From contig JAUNFK010000002.1 in assembly GCA_030525085.1 (NCBI GenBank), positions 123-64,122 of the forward strand: a stretch of DNA of 64,000 bases. Direction: 5' to 3'. The position numbers and the translations under genes were made by a program. The notes under the pieces were generated by a model. It saw only the letters and a list, made by a program, of their open reading frames with translations, ran no database searches and was not told the origin of the DNA. Each line of letters opens with the position of its first letter. Position 1 is the first letter of the stretch. Below are positions 9,664 through 18,674 of the stretch, in pieces. Source of the DNA: a bacterium. Lineage in GTDB: Bacteria; Bacillota_I; Bacilli_A; RF39; UBA660.

Positions 9664-10611
9664 TTAATAATGTTCCTTTATATATTTTGCAGTTTCTCTT
9701 ACTGATTCATCAGAAGTATGATGAGCTTGCCATCCAGCATTATGAATTTTTGTTAAATCATATTGAAATTTTGGAACATCACCTTTCCAACCGACATTAC
9801 CGCCTGTATATTTATACTCAACATTTTCATATCCTAATTCTTCACAAACAATATCTGCTATTGTTGTAACGCTAGTTGCTGTTTCTACTCCAGCATTATA
9901 AATTTCTACACCTTTTTTCATTTCAATATCTAGAGTGAATTTAACGATGGCATCAACCAAGTCTAGTACGTATAAATATGGTTTAGTTTGAGTACCGTCA
10001 CCTAAAATTTCTAGTTCATTTGGATTCTTTTGTAATTTTTTTACAAAGTCGAAGATAACTCCATGAGTTAAATTTGGACCGATAACGTTTGGAAATCTAA
10101 AAATTACTGTATTAAAATCATTCATAAAGCTATAAGAAGAGATAAATCCTTCTGATGCATATTTAGCTCCTCCATAATATGAGATAGGATGTAAATCACC
10201 AGTTACTTCTGTTAATAATTCTTTTTTATCTCCATAGATTGCAGAAGTTGATGAGAAAAATAAATTTTTGATGTTTTCTCTTCTCATATATTCTAATACT
10301 GTGTAAGTTGTCATAAATGTATCGTTATAATCAACACTTGGATTTTTTCCACCTTTTTGAATATCTGAGTTTGCAGCTAAATGATATACAATATCAATAT
10401 TTTCATTTTTTAGTTGTTCACAAAACTTTTCTGTTTCTTCAATGTTAATGTTATAAAATTTATAGTTTTCATTGTCTTTGAAGCAATCTACATTTTCTTG
10501 TTTGCCTAATGTGAAGTTATCAACTACTACAACTTCAAGGCCTCTTTCTAATAAATTTCTTACTAAATGAGTTCCGATGAATCCGGCTCCTCCTGTTACT
10601 AATGCTTTCAT
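9664..10611 (-). CDS. NAD-dependent epimerase/dehydratase (SDR), probably acting on the nucleotide-heptose
   Basis: MKALVTGGAGFIGTHLVRNLLERG Rossmann motif and the YxxxK region (YYGGAKYASE). Embedded between hddA and hddC-gmhB. Confidence 0.65.
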   Translation of the reverse strand: MKALVTGGAGFIGTHLVRNLLERGLEVVVVDNFTLGKQENVDCFKDNENYKFYNINIEETEKFCEQLKNENIDIVYHLAANSDIQKGGKNPSVDYNDTFMTTYTVLEYMRRENIKNLFFSSTSAIYGDKKELLTEVTGDLHPISYYGGAKYASEGFISSYSFMNDFNTVIFRFPNVIGPNLTHGVIFDFVKKLQKNPNELEILGDGTQTKPYLYVLDLVDAIVKFTLDIEMKKGVEIYNAGVETATSVTTIADIVCEELGYENVEYKYTGGNVGWKGDVPKFQYDLTKIHNAGWQAHHTSDESVRETAKYIKEHY

Positions 10612-10621
10612 TTTTTACCTC

Positions 10622-11599
10622 CTAATTTACAAATATTACGGTTGTACCTTGATGGTCAAATTTAAATTCCATCTCTGGTAAATCGCTCATTTCTTTTCTG
10701 AATTTTTCTTGTTTTTCTTCTGGAACATAGAATAGGAAGAATCCGCTTCCGCCAGCTCCTAAAAGTTTGCCGCCTGTTGCTCCAGCTTTGATACCTCTTT
10801 CGTACCACTCATCAAATTGAGGGTTGCTAATTCCAGAAGCTAATGTTCTTTTAATTTTCCAGTTTTCATCTAGGATTTTACCTACCGCATCGATATTGTT
10901 ATGTTCTAACTCGTATTTTAAGTCGTAGGTCATTTCCATAATTCTTTTTTGGCCTTCTTCTTTATCTTTGGCACTTACGATATTTTTAGATTGTTCTTCT
11001 AAAATAGCGGAAGCCTTATGTTCGCCACCTACATATAGCATTATTAAATTTTTTTCTAATTGTTTAAATGCTTCATGGTCCATTAAGACTGGTTCTACAT
11101 CAACTGAACCATCTTTGTTAAATTTATAAAAATTTAATCCGCCGAAAGCAGCAGCATATTGGTCTTGCTTTCCGTTTGTAGTATGAACAATATTATTTTC
11201 CATATTGCATGCTGATGCTGCAACGTCTGGCTTAGAGATATATTCTCTTTTATAACATTTTAAGTTTTTAATTAAACCTACAGTAAAAGAACTAGATGAA
11301 CCAAGACCTGTTCCTGATGGTACATCGGCAATTGAAGTTATTTCTAATCCCTCTAGGCCTTCTTGTTTTAAACATTCCCTAAATATGTTGTGTTCAATAT
11401 CATCTACATTTTGAACGGTTTCTGTTTTAGAGTATTTTAAAACTGTTGTTTTTTTATCGAATGATGGGTGGCTTGTTATGTACATATACTTGTTTATTGT
11501 TGTACTAAGCACACATCCTCCGTGTTTTTCATAGAATGACTTAATGTCACTACCACCACCACATAGACTTACTCTAAATGGAGTTCTTGTTATAATCAT
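10622..11599 (-). CDS. hddA: D-glycero-D-manno-heptose 7-phosphate kinase (GHMP kinase)
   Basis: MIITRTPFRVSLCGGGSD N-terminus and the GHMP ATP motif PSGTGLGSSSS. Start set to the internal ATG, which is preceded by AAAGGAAGG. Confidence 0.75.
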   Translation of the reverse strand: MIITRTPFRVSLCGGGSDIKSFYEKHGGCVLSTTINKYMYITSHPSFDKKTTVLKYSKTETVQNVDDIEHNIFRECLKQEGLEGLEITSIADVPSGTGLGSSSSFTVGLIKNLKCYKREYISKPDVAASACNMENNIVHTTNGKQDQYAAAFGGLNFYKFNKDGSVDVEPVLMDHEAFKQLEKNLIMLYVGGEHKASAILEEQSKNIVSAKDKEEGQKRIMEMTYDLKYELEHNNIDAVGKILDENWKIKRTLASGISNPQFDEWYERGIKAGATGGKLLGAGGSGFFLFYVPEEKQEKFRKEMSDLPEMEFKFDHQGTTVIFVN

Positions 11600-11636
11600 T
11601 GTAACACCTTCCTTTAATTTATAATTCAATTATAAC

Positions 11637-12371
11637 CTATTTCATTAATTTTTGATAATATTCGTCGCAAATTTCTTTTGCATCTCCCATTTTAACAATT
11701 TTACCGTGATCTAACCAGATTACTTTACTGCACAATTCTTTAATACTTGCTATAGAATGGGAAACATAAAGCACGGTAGTCCCGCCTTTTATCATTGACA
11801 TCATTTTATTTTTACTTTTTTCTTGAAATTTTATATCGCCGACTGATAATATTTCGTCTACAATTAGAACCTCTGGGTCAACAATTGTAGAGATTGAGAA
11901 AGCTAATTTTGCTACCATACCTGATGAAAAGTTTTTTATCGGAACATCAAGAAAATCTTTTAATTCTGAAAACTCAACTATTTCATCAAATTTATCTTCT
12001 AGAAATTCTTTCGAATAGCCTAGAATTGCGCCATTAAGATATATATTTTCTCTTGCTGTAAGTTCTTGGTCGAATCCAGCCCCAAGTTCAATCATGGGTG
12101 AAATCTTGCCGTTAACTTCTACAGTACCAGTTGTCGGTTTGTAAACACCACTTACTACTTTTAAAAGTGTACTTTTACCAGCACCGTTGGCTCCGATAAT
12201 TCCGACTACGTCGCCTTTATTAATTCTAAAATCAATATCTTTTAATGCCCAAAAGTATTCTTTCTTTTTTTTCTTTTTAGGAGTAAAAAGATTTATGAAT
12301 ATCATTTTTAGTGAATTATCTTTTTCGACCCCTAAGTTAAATTTCATTGATACATTATTAAGTATTATCAT
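11637..12371 (-). CDS. polysaccharide/teichoic-acid export ABC transporter ATP-binding protein (TagH/Wzt-like)
   Basis: Walker A GIIGANGAGKST, signature FSSGM (LSGGQ-like), Walker B LIVDEILSVGD. Start has an AGGAGG RBS. Confidence 0.8.
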   Translation of the reverse strand: MIILNNVSMKFNLGVEKDNSLKMIFINLFTPKKKKKKEYFWALKDIDFRINKGDVVGIIGANGAGKSTLLKVVSGVYKPTTGTVEVNGKISPMIELGAGFDQELTARENIYLNGAILGYSKEFLEDKFDEIVEFSELKDFLDVPIKNFSSGMVAKLAFSISTIVDPEVLIVDEILSVGDIKFQEKSKNKMMSMIKGGTTVLYVSHSIASIKELCSKVIWLDHGKIVKMGDAKEICDEYYQKLMK

Positions 12372-12380
12372 AAGAGCCTC

Positions 12381-13187
12381 CTAAATATAATAGACAAATT
12401 TGTCTTGCTTTTTTCTAAATATAAACATACCAACAATCATAGTTATAAATCCACTTAAAAATAATGCTACAACATTTGTAAGTGAAGGTCCATTTCCAAA
12501 TAAAACTATTTCTCTAATGGTATTAATATATAAATATAATGGATTCAATTTAAAGATGCTTTGTAAGTATGTAGGTAAAATTGTAATAGAGTAAAAAATT
12601 GGTGTGAAGTAATTTAAAATCGTAAGTAGGATCCCCCAAATATAAATGACATCTCTTAGAAATACTGTTACTGTTGATAAAATATAACCTATCCCCACAG
12701 TAAACATTAGAGTGCATAAAAATACGTATGGTAAGTATAAATACCAAATGTTGATTGTACACTTTGTTCCAGCTGCAGCGTCTCCTGATAATAAAATAAT
12801 TAAGAAGAATGGAATTAAAGTAAATAAGAAGTTAATTCCCGCAAATAGACATTTTGCTAATGGGAAGATGTACTTTGGCATATATACTTTATTTATTAGT
12901 GAGAAATTGCCAACTATTGATGTTAAACAGTTATTTGTAGCTTCACTAAAGTAATTGAAAATTAGTAAACCACTCATTAAGTATACTAGATAGTTGACTC
13001 CTTCCATGTTAAATTTAAACATGTTAGAGAATATCAAGGCCATAACACTCATCATTAAAAGTGGGTATAAGATACTCCATAGAACTCCTAGTACACTTCT
13101 TTTATATTTTACTTTAAAATCTCTCATTATTAATTGATTTAATAAGAATTTATATTTTTTTAAACTATATAATATTTTCTTTATCAC
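12381..13187 (-). CDS. ABC-2 type polysaccharide/teichoic-acid export permease (TagG/Wzm-like)
   Basis: Six TM segments and the RDFKVKYKRSVLGVLW ABC-2 signature. GTG start 3 nt after the upstream stop, which suggests translational coupling. Confidence 0.7.
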   Translation of the reverse strand: MIKKILYSLKKYKFLLNQLIMRDFKVKYKRSVLGVLWSILYPLLMMSVMALIFSNMFKFNMEGVNYLVYLMSGLLIFNYFSEATNNCLTSIVGNFSLINKVYMPKYIFPLAKCLFAGINFLFTLIPFFLIILLSGDAAAGTKCTINIWYLYLPYVFLCTLMFTVGIGYILSTVTVFLRDVIYIWGILLTILNYFTPIFYSITILPTYLQSIFKLNPLYLYINTIREIVLFGNGPSLTNVVALFLSGFITMIVGMFIFRKKQDKFVYYI

Positions 13188-13190
13188 TTA

Positions 13191-13925
13191 TTAGTCACCG
13201 CTTTCATTATAGCAATTATTTTTGAATATTACTAGATTTACAAATTTTATTAGTGTAAATATCTGTTTGAATCTCTTAGGTTCTTTAATCATTCTATATA
13301 GCCACTCCATATGTGTTTTCTGATAAAATGATGGAGCTCTATTTATTTTGCCACTATAAACGTCTATTGTTCCACCTATTGGCATTATTATTTTTATATC
13401 TTTAAATTTTTGCTTATTTTTGACTATAAAATTTTCCTGTTTTGGTGAGCCTAACGCTACAAATAAGAAGTCTGGTTTTGCTTTAAGTATTTTCATGAGT
13501 GCTTCATCTTCTGGTACGTATCCGTTAATATAGCCACATATGTTAATGTTTTTATATTTTTTTTCTATGTTTTTAATTGCTAAATCAAGATTTTCTTTTT
13601 TTGCACCATAAATAAATATTTTGCATTTTGTTTTTAGTGATAACTTGCACAGTTCATCAAACATTTCAATTCCTGCTATTCTTTCCTTGATTTGCCCATG
13701 TTTTAATTTTGATGCCAGTACTGTCCCAAATCCATCTGGAATGTTAAAATTTTCTTTATTTATTTCGCTTACCATCTCTTTGTCACGATAAAAATTACAA
13801 ATAATAAGTGGGTTTGCATTAAAAAGTATATTTTGTTTGTTGTTTTTAATATCTTTTTCAGCTGCTTTTATAATTTCGTCTTTAGTTTTGGTTGTTACTT
13901 TAATTCCTAATATCTTTTCATTCAT
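13191..13925 (-). CDS. WecB/TagA/CpsF family (GT26) glycosyltransferase
   Basis: ILGIKVTTKTKDEIIKAAEKDI...FNANPLII N-terminus and C-terminal WLYRMIKEPKR, typical of the TagA/WecG family. Confidence 0.7.
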   Translation of the reverse strand: MNEKILGIKVTTKTKDEIIKAAEKDIKNNKQNILFNANPLIICNFYRDKEMVSEINKENFNIPDGFGTVLASKLKHGQIKERIAGIEMFDELCKLSLKTKCKIFIYGAKKENLDLAIKNIEKKYKNINICGYINGYVPEDEALMKILKAKPDFLFVALGSPKQENFIVKNKQKFKDIKIIMPIGGTIDVYSGKINRAPSFYQKTHMEWLYRMIKEPKRFKQIFTLIKFVNLVIFKNNCYNESGD

Positions 13926-13965
13926 ATTTCCTCTTAAAAAAATAAATAGTATATTACTATACTAT

Positions 13966-14514
13966 CTATTGTGCACTAATGCCGATTGTTCCTTTAAAGG
14001 TTCCGTTATCATTTTTATCTTCTGTATAGTAAATATTTAATGTGTATGTATGTACTGCGTTTTTCCCTTGTGTAAATGAGCCAGGACCCATAGTTATATT
14101 TGTTGTCCCATTAAGTTCTTTTGCGGGTTTAATATTTTCAATAACAGTTCCTTTTTCAGAATAGTTATTGCTTACAATATTGTATTTTAATGAGCCATTT
14201 TTAAAGGTGTTTTCATTTATTACTAATGTAACATAATATGATATGTCTTCTGTGCTAGTGTTTGTTCCTGTTAATGTAAATGTTTTACTAATTATTGGCG
14301 TATTTTTTGCTTCTGGGTTAGAAAACTCGATTGTATTTGAACCACTAAAAGCAATATCGATATCGCCATTTTGTAATTTTAAATTTTCTGGTTTTGCGTT
14401 ACTACTGTCATTTACGCTTAAATAAGAGTAACTTCTACCTATTGCTACTACAACTAGTATTGCTACTAATAGGACATTAATTATTAATCGTTTATTTTTT
14501 TTCATAGCTATCAC
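13966..14514 (-). CDS. hypothetical secreted or membrane-anchored protein (signal anchor, Thr/Asn-rich)
   Basis: N-terminal MKKNKRLIINVLLVAILVVVAIG signal anchor. First gene of the locus transcription unit. Confidence 0.35.
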   Translation of the reverse strand: MIAMKKNKRLIINVLLVAILVVVAIGRSYSYLSVNDSSNAKPENLKLQNGDIDIAFSGSNTIEFSNPEAKNTPIISKTFTLTGTNTSTEDISYYVTLVINENTFKNGSLKYNIVSNNYSEKGTVIENIKPAKELNGTTNITMGPGSFTQGKNAVHTYTLNIYYTEDKNDNGTFKGTIGISAQ

Positions 14515-14664
14515 CTAATTATAATTATAGAGGAAATATTTAATTTTGGCTAGTGGTAGTTGATTATTTTTAAGGTTTTTACAAATTTTATATTTTTTAT
14601 TTTTTTAATAATTTCACATAATAATCATAAATTATTGATATTTATTTGGTGAGGAGATGATTTT

Positions 14665-14874
14665 ATGAAAGAAAAAATTATTGCGCTTTTTGTTGGCCTG
14701 TTAGTTGGTGCAATTATTTCAACTGGTTCAATATACTTTTATACTGTTGCCACAAATAATAGTAACAATCAAGGAATGCAAATGCCTAGTGATAATCAAG
14801 GTGGCGGAATGAATCAAAATGGTGGTACTCCACCAGAGATGCCTAATGGCAATGAGAACAGCACTCAAAGTTAG
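14665..14874 (+). CDS. small membrane protein with Gly/Asn/Gln-rich tail
   Basis: One TM segment (IIALFVGLLVGAIISTG) followed by a low-complexity tail. GGAGATGA RBS. Sits 12 nt upstream of the next gene. Confidence 0.35.
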   Translation: MKEKIIALFVGLLVGAIISTGSIYFYTVATNNSNNQGMQMPSDNQGGGMNQNGGTPPEMPNGNENSTQS

Positions 14875-14885
14875 GAAGGTGAATA

Positions 14886-16469
14886 ATGAGAAAATTTATT
14901 AATTATTTATTTGTTTCTTTTGCTTTATTATTTTGTTTGAATGTTAGAGCAAGTACAAGTACTTTATATGTTAATTTAGAAAATTTTAAATATTCTGTTG
15001 ATGGCAAAAAATATTCAGACATAAAAAGTTATGATAATTTAAGTGATTTTTTAGAGGATTATAATGATGGTAACTTACCGGAACTTTATGTCACTAATTT
15101 CTTATTTGATGGTGTATCAACTGTAAAGAGTCCTGATTTAGATGATTTTATAGATGATGGATCTAATGATACTAAAATTAAAACTTTAGAAATAGATGTT
15201 TTAAATATTAATACTACTGGTGATATTGAGCTTACTGGTAAGACAACAGGTACTATGATTGGAGTTAACACAAATAATGTTAAAGGCAATATCAATTTGA
15301 TATTAAATAATGTTAATATTGATACAGATACAAAGAAAGCACCTGCAATATTTGTATATAATAAAGATATGACATATACGGATTGTAAATTTACTATAAA
15401 AACAGCGAAGAACTCTAAAAATTATATTGAAGGTGGTAAATTTAAAAAGGTAAGTTTAATGCCTTCTGATAAACTTGAAGATTATGAATCTTATTATTCA
15501 GGAGATAATTTAACAAATTACAAGAAATATAGTTCTTATTATGGGATTTATACTTCTAGTCAGTTAGATGATATATTGTTTGCTACTGTTAAGGCGGATA
15601 ATGAGCATTTACAGGAAGGCGATCCTTACTTATTTTATAAAGGTAGTGGTGCAATAAGTTCCGATATTGATTTGTATTTTGAAGGTGATGGTTATTTAAA
15701 AGTTACTAGTAAAAATAAGGAAGGTATTGAAACTAAGGGAAATCTTACTTTAAGTGGTGGAACTGGTGATTATGAAATTTATGCACATGATGATTGTTTG
15801 AATACTACTACTGCTAGTAGTGCTGGAGATAACGTTAGAAATACTATGACAATTGATGTTAACTCTTTAGTTGCAATCGTTTCAGATGATGGCGATGAGG
15901 GTGATGCGATTGATTCTAATGGTACTCTTACTATTAATGGCGGAAAAATCTATGCATTTGCTCATTCAACAAGTCAGGATTCTGGGCTTGATTCAGATGG
16001 TGGAACATTTATAAATGGTGGCACAATTATTGCTACTGGTAATATGGCTGATATGATATCTAATGAATCTAAACAAAATTCTTTATATATAAGATTTAAT
16101 TCTAAAATAGAAAAAGGTACATTAATTGTAATTAAAGATGAAAACGATAAAATAATTACAGCATTTGAAACAAGTAAAGATATTACAACACTTCTTTATA
16201 GTTCTGAAGATTTAAGTTATAGTTCAGTTAAAGTTTATACTGGTGGTGAAATTGATGGTGAAAAAGAAAACGGACTTTATACAACTATAAATGATTATAA
16301 TAATGGTGAAAAAATTTCGTTTAACATAGTAAATGGTACTGATTCGTTTAAAAAACAAAATAATAATATTAGCAATACTTTATTAATTGCTCTACTTGTA
16401 GAATCTGGATTATTACTTCTGATACTTATTTATATTTATTTTGATAGGAAGAAGTTAAAAAATTATTAA
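14886..16469 (+). CDS. membrane-anchored secreted protein with Cthe_2159/DUF4353-like beta-helix carbohydrate-binding repeats
   Basis: Signal peptide MRKFINYLFVSFALLFCLNVRAST. Repeated G-G-T/D segments (NGTLTINGGKIYAFAHS, DSDGGTFINGGTIIATG) typical of that beta-helix family. C-terminal TM anchor plus a basic tail. Confidence 0.45.
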   Translation: MRKFINYLFVSFALLFCLNVRASTSTLYVNLENFKYSVDGKKYSDIKSYDNLSDFLEDYNDGNLPELYVTNFLFDGVSTVKSPDLDDFIDDGSNDTKIKTLEIDVLNINTTGDIELTGKTTGTMIGVNTNNVKGNINLILNNVNIDTDTKKAPAIFVYNKDMTYTDCKFTIKTAKNSKNYIEGGKFKKVSLMPSDKLEDYESYYSGDNLTNYKKYSSYYGIYTSSQLDDILFATVKADNEHLQEGDPYLFYKGSGAISSDIDLYFEGDGYLKVTSKNKEGIETKGNLTLSGGTGDYEIYAHDDCLNTTTASSAGDNVRNTMTIDVNSLVAIVSDDGDEGDAIDSNGTLTINGGKIYAFAHSTSQDSGLDSDGGTFINGGTIIATGNMADMISNESKQNSLYIRFNSKIEKGTLIVIKDENDKIITAFETSKDITTLLYSSEDLSYSSVKVYTGGEIDGEKENGLYTTINDYNNGEKISFNIVNGTDSFKKQNNNISNTLLIALLVESGLLLLILIYIYFDRKKLKNY

Positions 16470-16509
16470 GTTTACTAAATATGTATGGTGATAATAATAA
16501 TAAATAAAA

Positions 16510-16533
16510 ATTACGCTGTGGCGTAATTTTTTT
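16510..16533 (+). terminator. intrinsic terminator
   Basis: Hairpin ATTACGCTGTGGCGTAAT followed by TTTTTTT, downstream of the 14886-16469 CDS. Confidence 0.6.
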
Positions 16534-16609
16534 GCTTTTTGAGGTAAAATATTTTATTAAAATTTAAATATTTAAAACTTAATTTTTTGTAAAGTAATAT
16601 TAAATATTT

Positions 16610-16638
16610 TTGACTTTCCAAATATTGATAGATATAAT
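16610..16638 (+). promoter_or_regulatory. sigma-A type promoter of the glmS leader
   Basis: TTGACT at 16610-16615, a 17-bp spacer, then TATAAT at 16633-16638. Confidence 0.6.
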
Positions 16639-16659
16639 GTGTTTAGTTATACCCTAAAG

Positions 16660-16830
16660 GAGGATAATGGTATAATGAGCGCCAGACCCTATATGGGTGA
16701 CGAGGTCAGTGGAGTATCGAAATGTTCGGCGGGTGCCACTGCGGAGGGAAATCGTTAGATTATTTATAAAAAATAAAATCAAAATTATAACAACATAAGT
16801 AATCTTTCCAGCATTTTTTAGTGTGCATTA
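16660..16830 (+). ncRNA. glmS ribozyme: glmS ribozyme (GlcN6P-responsive self-cleaving leader)
   Basis: AGCGCCAGACCC...GGGTGACGAGGTCAGTGGAGTATCGAAATGTTCGGCGGGTGCCACTGCGGAGGGAAATCG matches the conserved core (AGCGCCAGA...GACGAGG...GGAG-UAUCGAA-UUUCGGCGG-UGCC). The predicted cleavage site is between A16678 and G16679. It lies directly upstream of glmS. Confidence 0.8.
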
Positions 16831-16844
16831 AAGGAGAGATGATT

Positions 16845-18644
16845 ATGTGTGGTATCGTAGGATACGTTGGAAAAAAGAATGCAATTAAGGTAATTATTAG
16901 TGGTCTTGAGACTCTTGAATATAGAGGTTATGATTCTGCTGGTATTGCTTATAGAAATGATAATAATGAGTTAAATATTGTTAAAGAAACAGGAAAGATT
17001 GTTAATTTAAAAGAAAAGTTAAATTTTAACGAAGAGTCTCATATTGGCGTTGGTCATACAAGATGGGCTACTCATGGTGAACCTAATAAAGTTAACAGTC
17101 ATCCGCATAAGGTTGGAGATATTACTTTAGTTCACAATGGTATTATTGAAAATTATGAAGCGTTAAAGAAAAGTGAGTTACTTAGAGGCTATACTTTTGA
17201 AAGTGAAACTGATACAGAAGTTGCTTGTGCTTTAATAGATGCTTTATATAAAAAAGAAAAAGATGTACTTAAGGTATTAATGGAAGCTCAAAAACTTATA
17301 TTAGGTAGTTATGCTTTTGGAATATTAGTTGATGGTGATGATAAGCTTTATGCTATGAGGAAAGATTCCCCATTAATTGTTGGCATCGGTAATGATGAAA
17401 ATTTTATTGCTAGTGATGTTCCTGCAATTTTAGCATATACAAACAGGTATTATTTATTAGATAATAATGATATTGCTATTATTAGTGATAAAGATATTAG
17501 TGTTTACGCTGTTGGAAAAAAGAAGAAAATGGAAGAGCAAGTCTTTGAATATGATATTGAAACTGCTTTAAAAGGTGGTTATGATCATTTCATGCTTAAG
17601 GAAATTTATGAACAACCAGAGGTTCTTGATAAGACTATTCATGAGTATTTAAAAGATGGCGAGTTCAGGAATTTGCCTGACTTAACTAAATATAATAGAA
17701 TTGATATTGTTGCTTGTGGTAGTGCTTATAATGTTGGATGCATTGCTAAGTTTATTTTTGAAGATTATGCAGATGCTGAAGTTAATACTTATATCGCTAG
17801 TGAGTATAGATATAAGAAGAATTTCTTAGATGATAGAAGTTTACTTATTGTTATTAGTCAGTCTGGCGAGACTGCAGATACACTTGCTTCTTTAAGATTA
17901 GTTAAAGAAAAAGGTGTAGATACACTTGCAATTGTTAATGTTGTTGGTTCTTCTATCGCTAGAGAGGCTAAAGAAGTTTTATATATTAAAGCTGGACCTG
18001 AGATAGCAGTTGCTACAACAAAAGCATTTACTGCTCAATGTGCACTTTTAAGTTTACTTGCATTTAAGATGGCTAGTGACAAGAAATTAATTAGTGATAA
18101 GGATAAAGAAAAAATAATTAATAGTTTTTATACTATTAGTGATGATGCCGATAACTTATTAAATAATGCAGTAAATTCTAAAAATATTGCTGAGAAGATT
18201 TATACTTGCCATGATATTTATTTCTTGGGAAGAAAAGTTGATTTTGCAGTTGCTTTAGAGGGATGTTTAAAGCTTAAAGAAATATCTTATATTCATAGTG
18301 AGGCTTATCAGTCAGGTGAACTTAAGCATGGGTCTATTGCTTTAATTAGTAAAGATACTCCTGTTATTAGTATTATCACTGATGATGATATTGCTCTTAA
18401 AACTTTAAGTAATATTAAAGAAACTAAGGCAAGAGGTGCTTATAGTATTGTTTTATCTTCTGTTAATGAGGAGCATATTAGTGAAGCTGCTGATGAATTT
18501 GTAGAGATTAAAAAAACAAGTGCATTTGTTATGCCAATATTACCTGTTATTTATTTACAGCTTGTTGCTTACTACGTTGCTAAGCTTAATGGTTGTGATA
18601 TTGATAAGCCAAGAAATTTAGCTAAGTCTGTTACTGTTGAATAA
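16845..18644 (+). CDS. glmS: glutamine--fructose-6-phosphate aminotransferase
   Basis: MCGIVGYVG (catalytic Cys2) and two SIS domains. AAGGAGAG RBS. The GTG start at 16821 in the ORF track is rejected because GlmS must begin Met-Cys. Confidence 0.9.
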   Translation: MCGIVGYVGKKNAIKVIISGLETLEYRGYDSAGIAYRNDNNELNIVKETGKIVNLKEKLNFNEESHIGVGHTRWATHGEPNKVNSHPHKVGDITLVHNGIIENYEALKKSELLRGYTFESETDTEVACALIDALYKKEKDVLKVLMEAQKLILGSYAFGILVDGDDKLYAMRKDSPLIVGIGNDENFIASDVPAILAYTNRYYLLDNNDIAIISDKDISVYAVGKKKKMEEQVFEYDIETALKGGYDHFMLKEIYEQPEVLDKTIHEYLKDGEFRNLPDLTKYNRIDIVACGSAYNVGCIAKFIFEDYADAEVNTYIASEYRYKKNFLDDRSLLIVISQSGETADTLASLRLVKEKGVDTLAIVNVVGSSIAREAKEVLYIKAGPEIAVATTKAFTAQCALLSLLAFKMASDKKLISDKDKEKIINSFYTISDDADNLLNNAVNSKNIAEKIYTCHDIYFLGRKVDFAVALEGCLKLKEISYIHSEAYQSGELKHGSIALISKDTPVISIITDDDIALKTLSNIKETKARGAYSIVLSSVNEEHISEAADEFVEIKKTSAFVMPILPVIYLQLVAYYVAKLNGCDIDKPRNLAKSVTVE

Positions 18645-18649
18645 AAAAA

Positions 18650-18674
18650 ATACGCAAATGCGTATTTTTTTTAT
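18650..18674. terminator. bidirectional intrinsic terminator shared by glmS (+) and the convergent minus-strand operon
   Basis: AAAAAAAATACGCAAATGCGTATTTTTTTT. Stem ATACGCA/TGCGTAT with A-run and T-run flanks. Confidence 0.7.

Noticed and set aside
12236-12262. T-rich tract (TTCTTTCTTTTTTTTCTTTTTAG) encoding KKKKKKE in the TagH-like ATPase
   Set aside because: Considered as a phase-variable homopolymer. The longest pure run is only T8 and is in-frame, so it is most likely just a Lys-rich linker in an AT-rich genome.
16821-16844. ORF-track GTG start for glmS (MCIKGEMIMCGIVG)
   Set aside because: GlmS requires Cys as residue 2 after Met removal. ATG 16845 with an AAGGAGAG RBS is the real start. 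The extension would also overlap the ribozyme 3' end.
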